Shown here: in pieces, positions 10,132 through 21,035 of the stretch
Position numbering within the stretch: position 1 is the first letter of the stretch
Layout of the letters: each line of letters starts with the position of its first letter
From: Candidatus Zhuqueibacterota bacterium
GTDB lineage: Bacteria; Zhuqueibacterota; Zhuqueibacteria; Thermofontimicrobiales; Thermofontimicrobiaceae
Assembly: GCA_049322915.1 (NCBI GenBank)
Contig: JBMOPW010000040.1
Location: 1 to 43,546, forward strand
Reading direction: 5' to 3'
DNA: 43,546 nucleotides
Translations under genes and position numbers: made by a program
The notes under the pieces: model-generated
Databases searched by the model: none
What the model saw: the letters and a program-made list of their open reading frames with translations, nothing else
Told to the model about the DNA's origin: nothing

Positions 10132-12609
10132 ATGAAGAGATTGTTTTTGACACTGATTTTTTCAGTCATGATCGTTCATTTCGTGTATGGACAGATCGTA
10201 ATCGATAATTTTGATGCGACCAATCCGGACTCCATTTACTGGATTACGAATGAAGGCGCTCCCAGCAAAGTGACGTTCACTGTGGATAATAGCGATTTCG
10301 TCGAAGGAACGGCATCGCTTAACGTCAAAGCGACGATTGGTGCATTTCATCCATGGGGAAGCTTTGTGCAATTCGGATATGCCGTACCGGATTCATTGCC
10401 CCCCATGGACTGGAGCATCAGCGATTCGTTCAGCATTCGACTGAAAATTCGCATGGCCCCATCACATCCGGAGTTCATGGTATTTCGAATGCACATCGAA
10501 GACCAACCCACAGCCGATGCGGATAAAGAAGAATACATTTACGAAAACACCGTCATCCTGGATCAGACATCGGATTGGCTCGAGTTGAAAATACCGATTT
10601 TCGAACGACCCACTGATGGCACCACAACTCCCAATGAAGAGGGATTTGTCCTTTTCCCAACGACCTGGGGCGGCGGTTCCTATAACAACCGCGTGCTGGA
10701 TCGGAATAAAATCACGGAGTGGAGCCTCGCACTGGTCACCACCGGCTGGACCGATCCCAATAACATACCCGAAGATTCACTGGAAGTATCGTTCGATAAC
10801 CTGGTTCGCTTCGGGACCCGCGCCATTCCATTTGTGTTTTTCAATGGAAAATCGTTACCGGCAGCTATCTCTATTTGGTCCTGGGGACAATCGTCCTTTG
10901 GTTTGGAAGAAGGCGCCGGCATTGTGGCCAATACCAATGCGTTGAAATGGATTCAGGGTAACGAATGGGGAAATGGCTGGACTGGCGTTGGCATGACAAT
11001 TTCGCCGGCTCTCAATATGTCCGGTGTGTGGGAAACCGATAGCTTGAAATTCAAAATGAAAGCCCAGGATGGCGTCGGACCGATCCGGCTGCAATTTGAA
11101 GGCGGCCCTGGCAAGATAGGCGCGGTGTTCCAGCCGCTTACTGATAACGCCTGGCATTATTACGCGTTTAAACTCAGTGAATTGGTTTACCAGGAAGGCA
11201 CTTCAAACTTCGATATGGAAAATGTCGGCGTATTAGGCTTTATGGCCGAAGCGTCCGCAATTGCCGGCAAAGAAATTTTCATTACGGAATTATGGACAGG
11301 CACCCCTGATATCGATGTCGCTCCTCCCGAAGCCCCGACCGGCGTTGGCGCTTTAGCCAGTTCGTTTTACAATCTGGTGTACTGGCAGGACGTCGCCAAT
11401 GAGTCTGGCGAAACCTACTCCATCTATGCCAGCACCGAACCGATCACCGATCTGGAAAGCTCAAAAGTGGATATCGTTGCGACCGGTATTCTTGAAGACA
11501 TTCAATCTGCGGCGCATTGGCTGCTCTATCCTCTTGTGGATAAATCCGTCAGCTACTACTATGCTGTGAGTTGCATGGATGCGGCCGGCAATACCAGTGT
11601 CACATTCGGTGTGAATGCTCAGGCAGTTGTCAATATGGCCAAAGGCACCCCGACGATCTCCCCGGCGCCGCCGGCAACATTTGCAGCGGATGGGGATTTG
11701 GCCGAATGGGAAGCCAGCGGCATCGTGCCGTATGTCATGACTCCCGAGACTCATTTTGTTTCCGCCGGAACAGTGACCGATGCCGATGATATCACAGGAA
11801 CCGTTTACCTGGCTATCGATGATTCCTACCTCTACATTGCCGTGGATTGCTTTGATAATACCTACAGCCATAGCGCCGGCAACTGGTGGGAACAGGATGC
11901 ATTTGAGCTGTTCATGGGGCTGTACGACCAGCGCGGTAAAAAACATTCATCTCCCAAACGCGGCGCCGAACCTGACTACAAATTTGTGATGGATGAAGTT
12001 TCCTGCCGCGAAGATTTTGCAGGCCACACGTTCTATCTGGCAGGCGAAGAGAATTATCATTTCGAAAGCTTTGGCGGACAGGACTACGTCATTGAAACGA
12101 AAATTTCCCTGGATTCCATTTTGGCGGCTTCGGACACGAGATTCCATCCGTTGCGCGGCCAGAGAATTCCCATTGAAGTAACGTTCCACGATAATGACGG
12201 CGCCGGCTGGGAAGGCAACCTGGTCACTTCTCCAACCAATAAAGATAACGCCCATCAAACCCCAACCGTGTGGTCCAATACCTGGGTCGGCGATACCACC
12301 GATGTGGCGACTGCAATCGACGAAGAACCAGTCTCCGTGGTTGTCACTTCGTACAACTTGTCTCAAAACTATCCCAATCCATTCAACCCGACAACATCGC
12401 TCAGCTACTCGCTGGCGCAATCCGGCCATGTGAAACTGGCTGTCTATAATATGCTTGGCCAGCAGGTGAGGCTGTTGGTGGATGAAAAGAAAACCGCTGG
12501 TATGTACACGGTTCAAATGGATGCCAAAGATTTGCCCTCCGGTATTTACTTCTATCAAATCGCAACTGAAAACTTCAAGAAAACCATGAAGATGGTTCTC
12601 ATGAAATAG
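10132..12609 (+). CDS. Secreted putative glycan-binding protein (CBM-like modules, CBM9/DOMON-like domain, C-terminal sorting domain)
   Basis: AGGAGG RBS; signal peptide; Trp-rich beta modules; ADGDLAEW...YLYIAVD...DAFELF CBM9-like segment; LSQNYPNPFNPTT...SGIYFY...KMVLMK; no catalytic motif recognised. Confidence 0.6.
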   Translation: MKRLFLTLIFSVMIVHFVYGQIVIDNFDATNPDSIYWITNEGAPSKVTFTVDNSDFVEGTASLNVKATIGAFHPWGSFVQFGYAVPDSLPPMDWSISDSFSIRLKIRMAPSHPEFMVFRMHIEDQPTADADKEEYIYENTVILDQTSDWLELKIPIFERPTDGTTTPNEEGFVLFPTTWGGGSYNNRVLDRNKITEWSLALVTTGWTDPNNIPEDSLEVSFDNLVRFGTRAIPFVFFNGKSLPAAISIWSWGQSSFGLEEGAGIVANTNALKWIQGNEWGNGWTGVGMTISPALNMSGVWETDSLKFKMKAQDGVGPIRLQFEGGPGKIGAVFQPLTDNAWHYYAFKLSELVYQEGTSNFDMENVGVLGFMAEASAIAGKEIFITELWTGTPDIDVAPPEAPTGVGALASSFYNLVYWQDVANESGETYSIYASTEPITDLESSKVDIVATGILEDIQSAAHWLLYPLVDKSVSYYYAVSCMDAAGNTSVTFGVNAQAVVNMAKGTPTISPAPPATFAADGDLAEWEASGIVPYVMTPETHFVSAGTVTDADDITGTVYLAIDDSYLYIAVDCFDNTYSHSAGNWWEQDAFELFMGLYDQRGKKHSSPKRGAEPDYKFVMDEVSCREDFAGHTFYLAGEENYHFESFGGQDYVIETKISLDSILAASDTRFHPLRGQRIPIEVTFHDNDGAGWEGNLVTSPTNKDNAHQTPTVWSNTWVGDTTDVATAIDEEPVSVVVTSYNLSQNYPNPFNPTTSLSYSLAQSGHVKLAVYNMLGQQVRLLVDEKKTAGMYTVQMDAKDLPSGIYFYQIATENFKKTMKMVLMK

Positions 12610-12617
12610 CGCGTCTG

Positions 12618-12657
12618 AGAATGAGTGCACTGCCCGGAGCAGTGCACTCTTCATTCT
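12618..12657 (+). terminator. Intergenic stem-loop (terminator-like or mRNA-stabilising)
   Basis: Perfect 11-bp stem GAGTGCACTGC-ccgga-GCAGTGCACTC (12623-12649), extendable with AGAAT/ATTCT; weak U-tract. Confidence 0.55.
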
Positions 12658-12678
12658 AACTGAAATCATAAAAGGATT

Positions 12679-14484
12679 ATGGGAAAATCTATGACGTTTC
12701 GAATCGTGGTCATGCTGCTTTTCGTCATTGGCTCGTCTGTTTTTTCCAAGGAATACAAAGGGGGTGAACTGCGCACCAAAGAATCGTATCTCTACGGCCG
12801 ATTTGAGGTTCGGTACAAAGCGTCTCCCGGCTCAGGCCAGACATCCACGTTTTTCACCTACAATGACATTGATCCAATGGTCAGGTGGAATGAAATCGAT
12901 ATTGAAATACTCGGCCGTTATACTGATGATGTTCAATTCAATGTCATCACGCCGCAAAATGGCCAAAACCATGTGCGGCATCAGTACGTAAATTTCGATC
13001 CTTCCCTGGGTTTTCACACATACACGATCGAGTGGACGCCGGAATATATCGCATGGTCTATTGATCTGATTGAGGTATGCCGGCAAACAGGTGACCACAT
13101 CACGACGATGATCAAGCCCCAGAAAATTATGATGAATATCTGGAATCCGGATGCTGAAACATGGGTCGGCCCCTGGTACAACCAGGGCCTGCCAAAATTC
13201 GCCTATTATGATTATGTCAGTTACGCGTCGTATACGCCAGGCAGCGGCGACGTTGGGACAGATAATAATTTCACTTTTATGTGGAAAGATGATTTTGAGA
13301 GTTGGGATCAATCCCGCTGGGATAAAGCGACCCATACATTCGGGGGGAATAATTGTGATTTTTTACCAGACAATGTGGTTTTTCAGGATGGGTACATGAT
13401 TTTATGTTTGACCGATAAAACCAATACAGGTTTTGTCGACAAGACTGCGCCCCACATTTTGTGGGCGCGAGCTACTGAGAATCAGGTTCTCGTTAGTTTT
13501 ACCGAAGCTTTGGACATCACCAGCGCGCAAGCAACAACCAATTATGCAATCCCCAACGCCACGATCATCTCCGCTTCTCTGCAGGAAAACAATCGGCAGG
13601 TGTTGCTGGACGTAGCCGGCTTTGTGCAAAGTCAGAACTACAGCCTTGTGGCATCCGGAATTTATGATGCGTCCGCGAATAGAAATCGATTGTTCGCTCA
13701 GATGGTCAATATCATCATGGCCTGGCCATTGACGTTTCCCATTAAAATCAATGCTGGCGGCAGCGCATTGGGTGAATTTATGCCCGACCAGCCGTGGAGC
13801 GAGAACGTTGAATATGGCTATGAAGATGGAAACGCGTTCGAGGCGTCCCAGTCACTAACTATCTATGGCACCGACATACCGCAAATTTTTCGCAGTGAAC
13901 GTCATGGCCTTGTTGCATATCGAATAAGAGTCCCGGCCGGCAGCTATAACCTTTCGCTTCTCATGGCTGAAAATTATTTTGACCAGCCGGATGAACGCGT
14001 TTTTGATATCTGGATCGAGGGCAAAATGGCGGCGCAGTCGCTTGACCTTTTCGCCGTCGCCGGGAAAAATACTGCCTATGTGATGACAGCATCTAACTTT
14101 GAAGTAAATGATGATGTGCTTGATATAAATTTCTCTGCACAAAAAGATTTCGCGCTGGTCAACGGGATTATCGTTGAAAAAATTGACACGCGCGTTTCAG
14201 AGAGTGCACTGACAAAGCCGGCAGAGTATGCGACATTGTCAAACTATCCGAATCCGTTCAATTCCAGCACCTGCATTCGCTATGCCATTCCACAGGATGG
14301 ATTTGTGACGATGGAAATGTACGATGTCCGCGGGCAAAAAATTACAACGCTGGTGGCCGGGAATCAATTGGCTGGCGAACACCAGGTTCGGTTGCAAGCA
14401 ATCGACCTGGCGTCTGGCATTTATTTCTGCAGGCTGCACAGTGCACAATCGACTCAGGTGATTCGGCTTGTTTTATTGAAGTGA
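12679..14484 (+). CDS. Secreted GH16 beta-glucanase with Ig-like, malectin-like and C-terminal sorting domains
   Basis: YLYGRFEVR and WNEIDIEILG (EIDIE catalytic motif); malectin-like KINAGG...IFRSER...AENYF...RVFDIWIEG; SNYPNPFNSST. Confidence 0.85.
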   Translation: MGKSMTFRIVVMLLFVIGSSVFSKEYKGGELRTKESYLYGRFEVRYKASPGSGQTSTFFTYNDIDPMVRWNEIDIEILGRYTDDVQFNVITPQNGQNHVRHQYVNFDPSLGFHTYTIEWTPEYIAWSIDLIEVCRQTGDHITTMIKPQKIMMNIWNPDAETWVGPWYNQGLPKFAYYDYVSYASYTPGSGDVGTDNNFTFMWKDDFESWDQSRWDKATHTFGGNNCDFLPDNVVFQDGYMILCLTDKTNTGFVDKTAPHILWARATENQVLVSFTEALDITSAQATTNYAIPNATIISASLQENNRQVLLDVAGFVQSQNYSLVASGIYDASANRNRLFAQMVNIIMAWPLTFPIKINAGGSALGEFMPDQPWSENVEYGYEDGNAFEASQSLTIYGTDIPQIFRSERHGLVAYRIRVPAGSYNLSLLMAENYFDQPDERVFDIWIEGKMAAQSLDLFAVAGKNTAYVMTASNFEVNDDVLDINFSAQKDFALVNGIIVEKIDTRVSESALTKPAEYATLSNYPNPFNSSTCIRYAIPQDGFVTMEMYDVRGQKITTLVAGNQLAGEHQVRLQAIDLASGIYFCRLHSAQSTQVIRLVLLK

Positions 14485-14662
14485 ACGAGCGATCCGGTTT
14501 TGAGCATCTGCCGGTGATGCCTGGTGTGAGCAATATTCAAAGAGGTCATTTCATCGGTCATTCACAGCGCTGCATGGTAAATGGAGCGCGATGCCTGCTG
14601 ACTGACCTCATCGATCGGGAATAATCAATCAACTTTCAACATTAATTCGAAGGAAAAAAATT

Positions 14663-17389
14663 ATGAGAAAGTGTGCCAATCTATATCTGTTGATTTTTGT
14701 TCTGCTTGTGTTTTCCGTTATTGCCGCTTTCGCACAGACCACCGGGAAAATATCCGGCGCTGTCACTGATGCGCAGACGGGCGACCCATTGCCAGGCGCC
14801 AGTGTTCTTGTCGAAGGGACGTCTCTGGGCGCAGCAACGGCCATGGACGGGGAGTTTTTTATTATCAATGTGCCTCCCGGCACCTACACGCTCATCGTTC
14901 GAATGATGGGATATGAAACCCTGAAATATGAAAACCTCCAGGTTTCTGTCAATCGCACGACATTCGCTGGAATGAAATTGAAAACAACGGTCATCGAAGG
15001 CGATGTCGTTGTCATCCAGGCCGAGCGGACCGTGGTGAAGAAGGATCAGACGAGTTCGGTGCGAAATGTCTCTTCGGAGCAGATGGAAATACTGCCGGTG
15101 GAAAATGTCGGGCAGGTCATTTCCATGCAGGCCGGCGTTGTAAACGGCCACTTTCGTGGCGGCCGAATGACCGAAGTCGCCTACCTGGTTGATGGCGTTG
15201 AAGTCACCGAATCCTTCGGCGGCGAAGGCCGGGCAGTGGATCTGGAACCGGAGGCTGTGCAGGATCTGGAAGTCATCACCGGCACATTCAATGCGGAATA
15301 TGGCAACGCCATGAGCGGCATTGTCAACGCGGTGACCAAAGACGGACAGCAGAAATTTGAAGGCTCATTCTCAACCAGTCTGGCTGAATACGCCAGCAGC
15401 CATGACGAAATCTTCATCGGACTGTCCGATGTGAATTTGATGCGAAACCAGGATTATAAACTCCAGTTGAGCGGCCCCATCTGGGGCGACCGGCTCACAT
15501 TTTTCAGCAACGTCCGCTACCAGGACAATCTGAACCATCTGTACGGCATCCGCCGGTTCGAGGTCGATGACTACAGCGACTACTCGAATGACAACGAGTA
15601 TTTATGGCACACAGAAGCCAATGGCGACAACGAGAAGGTCTCCATGAATGGCAGCAAGAATACCTCTTTCATGGGAAAACTGACTGCGCGGCCCCTGGGC
15701 AATTTGAAAGTATCATTGCTTTACACACTCAATAATGATGAATGGAACGGCTACGATCATAGCTTCAAATACAACCCGGATGGCATGGCTGCCAGCTATC
15801 GGGAGACAAGTCTTTACTCCCTCAGTTTCAACCACATGCTTTCGACAAAGCTGTTCTACGAATTGAAACTGTCCTACATGGATAATTTTAACGGCTGGTA
15901 CGTTTTCGAAGATCGGGACGATTGGGATAATTATGTGCACGATGTGTACCTCAATAATTCCGGCCCTGGATTTTTTACAGGCGGTCAGCAAAAAGGACAC
16001 AGCACCCGCACCATGATCGACAAGAGCAGCAAATTCGATCTCGTCTGGCAGGTGAATAAACAGCACGCGCTGAAGACTGGATTTTCGTATATTGATCACG
16101 ATCTGGATAGCCGCTATTCAGACATACGAAACAAATATTCCGGGCTGGATGAAGAGGGCGTTCGTTATTATGATTACGAGCGCAACAAGACTGTTTACCC
16201 CAACTATATACCGGTCACCTACCCTGACTCTTCTGTTTACACGGATAGCATTCGCGTCAATCCCAAAGAATTCTCACTGTATTTCCAGGATAAAATGGAA
16301 TTCGATGAAATGGTCATCAACATCGGAATTCGCTATGATTACTTTGATCCCAACACGGTTGTCCCATCGGACCGACGAAACCCGGCGAATCAGTTGAGCT
16401 TGCCGGATACCATGTCGTCCAACTACCCCAAAGCAGAAGTGCAAACGCAAATCAGTCCCCGTTTCGGGCTGTCGTACCAGTTGGGAAAAAGCGCGCTGTT
16501 GCATTTCAGCTATGGGCATTTTTTCCAGATGCCGCCGATGTACGCGCTGTACGATAACAATTCATTCCGCGTGGCGCCAACCGACTATTCGACCACTATG
16601 GGCAATGCGGAAATCAAAGCGGAAAAGACCGTGCAATATGAAATCGGACTCTGGCAGGAACTGGCAGAGGGCATGGGCCTGGAAGTGGCGCTGTTCTATC
16701 GCGATATTTACGATTTGCTGAGCACAAAGATCTTCAGTACGTACAATCAGATCGAATACGGTCTGTACAGCAACAAGGACTACGGCAATGTCAAAGGCCT
16801 CGAAGTGAAGTACGATTATCGCCTGAGAAATTTTTCAACGATGATCAATTATACGCTGCAGTACACCCGGGCCAATGCCGACAACCCAACCCAGACATTC
16901 GACCGCGCCGGAAACTCCCGGGATCCCATCAACCGGTTGATCCCGTTGAGCTGGGATCAGCGGCATACCCTGAACGTCACTGTCGGCTACAACACCAGCG
17001 ATTATGGCTTGACGCTCACTGGCTATTATAATTCCGGCTCGCCCTACACCTGGTCGCCCATCGGAGAGAGCATGCTCAGCCGCGTCAATTTGTACCCCAA
17101 TAATAACTGGCGTCCCAGCAGCTATACCGTCGATTTGAATGCCTACTATGATTTCTCGATTATCAAGAATATCAAGTTGAGAGTGACGTTGAATGTCTAT
17201 AACCTCCTGGATCGATTGAACGAAGAATGGGTCAATGCCCAGACTGGCCGGGCGTATACCGCAATCATTCGGCAGAAGGATATCGAAAACCATCGGAGTG
17301 ATTTCAATGAATATCTGGACAGGGTTCAGAATCCATCCATGTATTCGGCGCCTCGACTCGTGAAACTTGGCTTCGGAGTTGTCTTTTAA
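14663..17389 (+). CDS. TonB-dependent receptor with N-terminal carboxypeptidase-regulatory-like domain
   Basis: Signal peptide; TTGKISGAVTDAQTGDPLPGASV; plug HFRGGR..EVAYLVDG..ITGTFNAEYGNAMSGIVNAVTK; SPRFGLSY; C-terminal Phe. Confidence 0.92.
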   Translation: MRKCANLYLLIFVLLVFSVIAAFAQTTGKISGAVTDAQTGDPLPGASVLVEGTSLGAATAMDGEFFIINVPPGTYTLIVRMMGYETLKYENLQVSVNRTTFAGMKLKTTVIEGDVVVIQAERTVVKKDQTSSVRNVSSEQMEILPVENVGQVISMQAGVVNGHFRGGRMTEVAYLVDGVEVTESFGGEGRAVDLEPEAVQDLEVITGTFNAEYGNAMSGIVNAVTKDGQQKFEGSFSTSLAEYASSHDEIFIGLSDVNLMRNQDYKLQLSGPIWGDRLTFFSNVRYQDNLNHLYGIRRFEVDDYSDYSNDNEYLWHTEANGDNEKVSMNGSKNTSFMGKLTARPLGNLKVSLLYTLNNDEWNGYDHSFKYNPDGMAASYRETSLYSLSFNHMLSTKLFYELKLSYMDNFNGWYVFEDRDDWDNYVHDVYLNNSGPGFFTGGQQKGHSTRTMIDKSSKFDLVWQVNKQHALKTGFSYIDHDLDSRYSDIRNKYSGLDEEGVRYYDYERNKTVYPNYIPVTYPDSSVYTDSIRVNPKEFSLYFQDKMEFDEMVINIGIRYDYFDPNTVVPSDRRNPANQLSLPDTMSSNYPKAEVQTQISPRFGLSYQLGKSALLHFSYGHFFQMPPMYALYDNNSFRVAPTDYSTTMGNAEIKAEKTVQYEIGLWQELAEGMGLEVALFYRDIYDLLSTKIFSTYNQIEYGLYSNKDYGNVKGLEVKYDYRLRNFSTMINYTLQYTRANADNPTQTFDRAGNSRDPINRLIPLSWDQRHTLNVTVGYNTSDYGLTLTGYYNSGSPYTWSPIGESMLSRVNLYPNNNWRPSSYTVDLNAYYDFSIIKNIKLRVTLNVYNLLDRLNEEWVNAQTGRAYTAIIRQKDIENHRSDFNEYLDRVQNPSMYSAPRLVKLGFGVVF

Positions 17390-17470
17390 TGGACGGAATA
17401 GGCTCAGGTTCTTTTTTCCACGGCGAAAGAAATTTCACAGGAATCTCATAAATCAGACAGAGGTGAAAAT

Positions 17471-20400
17471 ATGAAGCAGACATTTCATATTGTTAAACTA
17501 ATCACGATCATCATGTTAATCATCACTTCGAGCCTGTTGGGCCAGGGTAAACAATACGACGGCCCGGACGATCCGGCCGGCGATATTGCTGCGGAGCGCG
17601 AAGGATACATGACCGGCAACCGGGTTTTTCTCTATTTCAAAAACAATACCGAACTGTCCGATTGGCCCAAAGTGGATGTGTCCAAATGGCCCAATACCTA
17701 CGACGGCGTGAAGATGCTGGACGGCATCGGACTGCTGATCGGGGCGTTGGTGTTCATTGAAAATGACTCAGTCCCGGTGGTGGATACCAATCGGGTCAAT
17801 TTATTGGACGCTCAGGGGAAATTGGATACATTGTTCTATCTGCAGACGAGCTATCGCGAAGAGATGGATCGGGATCCTTCCGGGACAGTGGAGTGGGGGC
17901 TCTATCCGGTGTTTGGCTATTTCAATGAATTGGGCGATTACCCGGCCATGAGCAACCGCGAAGCGTCCTGGCCATTCGGCGGCTGGCCCGATGCGCCGGA
18001 TTTTGTCGATGTAAATGGCGAAACCGAGTGGAATGGTCGTTTTGGCCGCGGCGTGAAGTACGCTAGTCTGGAAACCTACTTCGTGGCCAACGATGCCCAG
18101 GACCAGGAATACCTGGGCCCGGAAGATCGGGTTCAATACTATCCCCGTCCGGGACATTACATCGGCGATATTCGGCCCAATGTCACCATCCAAAAAGGCA
18201 AACCCTGGGGCGGCATCGGCATTCGCGTGGAGCAACGCGGGTTCCAGTGGAATAACGCGCAGACGCGGGATGCCATTTTTTGGGAATATAATATTGCCAA
18301 TATTTCGGATTACGACCTGACAGAAGTCGCTTTCGGTTATTGGGTGGATAATGCCATCGGCGACGCCATTGCCGGCAGCGGCGAAGACGATGAAGTCGGG
18401 TATTTTGATACACAGATTGATATGGCTTATTCGTGGGACATCGATGAAATCGGCCAGGGCGGCTTCAGAACCGGCACCATGGGATTCGCTTATCTGGAAA
18501 GCCCCGGTCTCGGCTACGATGAAAACGATAATGACCAGGATGGTCTCCTGGACGAAAAGCGCGATAATGACGCCGAAAATCTTGTGGGACCAATGGTTGG
18601 CATTTATAATCTTCAGAAATTTTTAGAGACGTATAAAATGACTGAAGCGGATCTGCGGGAACACTGGGACGCGGATGAAGACCAGGATTGGGAAGATGGT
18701 AATGATGTGAATAATAATGGTATTTATGAAAGCAATGAATTTGCCGGCGACGATGTCGGCCTCGATGGTGTGGGGCCGTCGGAATTGAACTATTACGGCC
18801 CGGATGAAGGTGAATGTAACCATCGCCCGGATCGGAAGGAAGGCGCCGCCGAACCCAATTTTGCCGAGACCGATGTGACCGAATCCGATATGGTCGGCTT
18901 GACCTCGTTCCTGTTGTTCCGCGTGCCGGATCATGTGCCGCCGTATATCCGCTGGTTCCGAAATGACCGTTCCATGTGGGAAATCGTCGGTCGCGACACG
19001 CTGCTGGAAAGCATCGAGTGGACAACCAATTTGATCGAAGTATTTGCTTCAGGCCCCTTCCCGCTGTTTCAGGGGAGGACCGAGCGCATTTCCATGGCGG
19101 AGATTCATTCCTATGATCCTCTCGAAGGTCTGAATTCCTCGGACCACCGCGCACCGTCGCTGTTCAACAAGAAAGAGATCGTTCAGATCATTTATGAAAA
19201 AGATTACCGCTGGGCCTCCGAGCCAAAGATGCCGACCCTTTCAGCGACTGCCGGCGATAGCTATGTCATTTTGACCTGGGACGATGTGGCCGATACCAAA
19301 ACGCGGGAACCCCTGTTGGGCAATATCAACGATTTCGAGGGCTACAAGTTGTACCGCACCACAGATAAGAAGCTCTCCGATCCACCGTTCATCACAGATG
19401 GTTACGGCGATCCGCTGTCCATCATCCCCATTTTCCAGTGCGATGTGATCGATACGCTGACCGGATTTGCGACGTGGGGCATCGATGAAACAGGCACGGC
19501 CTATTATCTCGGCGATGACGTCGGCATCCAGCATTATTATGTCGATACTGAAGTGAAGAACGGCATCACCTATTATTATTCATTGATCGCCTATGATTAC
19601 GGCATCCCGGATCTGGGCCCCGGCATCGCGCCCACGCCGAATACGATCAACACTATTGAACTTGATGAATCCGAAGAAGTACGACTGATCGGTCGTAATA
19701 TTCAAATTGTCACACCGCATCAAAAAGCAGCCGGGTATGTGCCCGATGAAATTGAGGTTGTCGCGAACCCAAATCTGATTGGAAATGCCCAGGTCGTGCC
19801 GGAGATCCTGTCGAAGAGCAAACTGAAGAGCGGCCATGTGTACAAAGTCAAATTCGATCTGGACACGGTTGATGTGGCGCCGAACTATCCGCACGGCATT
19901 CAATACGTGAACGACGGCTTCTTTGTGTACGACCAGACCGAAGACGATTCGCTCATTTTCAAGGAGTCGCCGGAGAAATATTCCGGCAACAATCTCGTGT
20001 TCGACGATTCGCTGAATGTGTGGCATTTCGATACCTCGGGCGAGCTTTCCACCGATGTCTTCGAGGGAATGCGCTTGAAAATCACCATGCCGTTTGTCAC
20101 GGCCAGTTACGATTACGCCAATTCCGGCTGGCTGGTTGGCAGCGCTCCTGTCTTGATTTCACCCATGATCGACGAGCAGCAATTCTACCCATGGGATTAT
20201 GATATTGTGTTTACCGATAATGATACAGCCTTTACCGGGATTACGACACCCAGCCGGGTTTATGACAATACGTACAGCCGGTTAGCAAAGGCCGATTTAT
20301 TGACGCAGCAGAAATTCAATTTCTACGTGGTCAATAAATCGTTCCAGGACAGCCTGGGCAACAATGAAGTGATGGATCTGATCGTCCACGACATGAACAA

Positions 20401-20950
20401 CAACGATGTCTTCGATATGGTTGGCGATCGCATTCTCGTCGGCCCGGTCTCCAGTCTCGGTAGCTGGTCAGGTACGGCGTTCGTCATCACGTTTTTAGAT
20501 AATAGCAAACTCCCGGCGCCGAACGACGTCTATCGAATCACGTTCAAGCGCCCGTTCTGGTCCACTGATTCCATTCTGTTCAAAACGACGTCCTTCGATT
20601 CGGTCCTGGATGTAAAGGATGTGAAAGAGAGTATGGACAAAATCCAGGTGGTTCCCAATCCCTACGTGGCTACCAATGCCATGGAGCCGGCTGTCGCCAA
20701 TTTCTATCTGAACCAGCGGAGACGCCTGATGTTCACACACATTCCGGCGCGATGCACAATCAAAATTTTCACGGTGAGCGGCGTGCTGGTCGATGAGATC
20801 GAGGTGGACAACCCTGTGTCGCAAGGCATTGTTCACTGGGACCTGTTATCCAGAGAAGGGCTGGAAATCGCCGCCGGCATGTACATTTACTACGTAAAAT
20901 CAACCCTGACCGGGGAGGAGAAAATTGGCAAATTCGCTGTGATCAAATAG
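17471..20950 (+). CDS. Large acidic secreted protein of unknown function with variant C-terminal sorting domain
   Basis: 1159 aa, signal peptide, AGAGG RBS; Asp-rich loops (DENDNDQDGLLDE, DVNNNGIYE); FN3-like DFEGYKLYR...NGITYYYSLIAYD; C-terminus IQVVPNPY...CTIKIFTVSG...WDLLSREG..IAAGMYIY...GKFAVIK. Confidence 0.75.
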   Translation: MKQTFHIVKLITIIMLIITSSLLGQGKQYDGPDDPAGDIAAEREGYMTGNRVFLYFKNNTELSDWPKVDVSKWPNTYDGVKMLDGIGLLIGALVFIENDSVPVVDTNRVNLLDAQGKLDTLFYLQTSYREEMDRDPSGTVEWGLYPVFGYFNELGDYPAMSNREASWPFGGWPDAPDFVDVNGETEWNGRFGRGVKYASLETYFVANDAQDQEYLGPEDRVQYYPRPGHYIGDIRPNVTIQKGKPWGGIGIRVEQRGFQWNNAQTRDAIFWEYNIANISDYDLTEVAFGYWVDNAIGDAIAGSGEDDEVGYFDTQIDMAYSWDIDEIGQGGFRTGTMGFAYLESPGLGYDENDNDQDGLLDEKRDNDAENLVGPMVGIYNLQKFLETYKMTEADLREHWDADEDQDWEDGNDVNNNGIYESNEFAGDDVGLDGVGPSELNYYGPDEGECNHRPDRKEGAAEPNFAETDVTESDMVGLTSFLLFRVPDHVPPYIRWFRNDRSMWEIVGRDTLLESIEWTTNLIEVFASGPFPLFQGRTERISMAEIHSYDPLEGLNSSDHRAPSLFNKKEIVQIIYEKDYRWASEPKMPTLSATAGDSYVILTWDDVADTKTREPLLGNINDFEGYKLYRTTDKKLSDPPFITDGYGDPLSIIPIFQCDVIDTLTGFATWGIDETGTAYYLGDDVGIQHYYVDTEVKNGITYYYSLIAYDYGIPDLGPGIAPTPNTINTIELDESEEVRLIGRNIQIVTPHQKAAGYVPDEIEVVANPNLIGNAQVVPEILSKSKLKSGHVYKVKFDLDTVDVAPNYPHGIQYVNDGFFVYDQTEDDSLIFKESPEKYSGNNLVFDDSLNVWHFDTSGELSTDVFEGMRLKITMPFVTASYDYANSGWLVGSAPVLISPMIDEQQFYPWDYDIVFTDNDTAFTGITTPSRVYDNTYSRLAKADLLTQQKFNFYVVNKSFQDSLGNNEVMDLIVHDMNNNDVFDMVGDRILVGPVSSLGSWSGTAFVITFLDNSKLPAPNDVYRITFKRPFWSTDSILFKTTSFDSVLDVKDVKESMDKIQVVPNPYVATNAMEPAVANFYLNQRRRLMFTHIPARCTIKIFTVSGVLVDEIEVDNPVSQGIVHWDLLSREGLEIAAGMYIYYVKSTLTGEEKIGKFAVIK

Positions 20951-21035
20951 CGGTTTGCAACGGCCATCGGCCTGTTAACGCGGCAGATAACTCAGTAGAA
21001 ATTTTCTCCACCATCAATTTTAGAAAGGCAGACAC

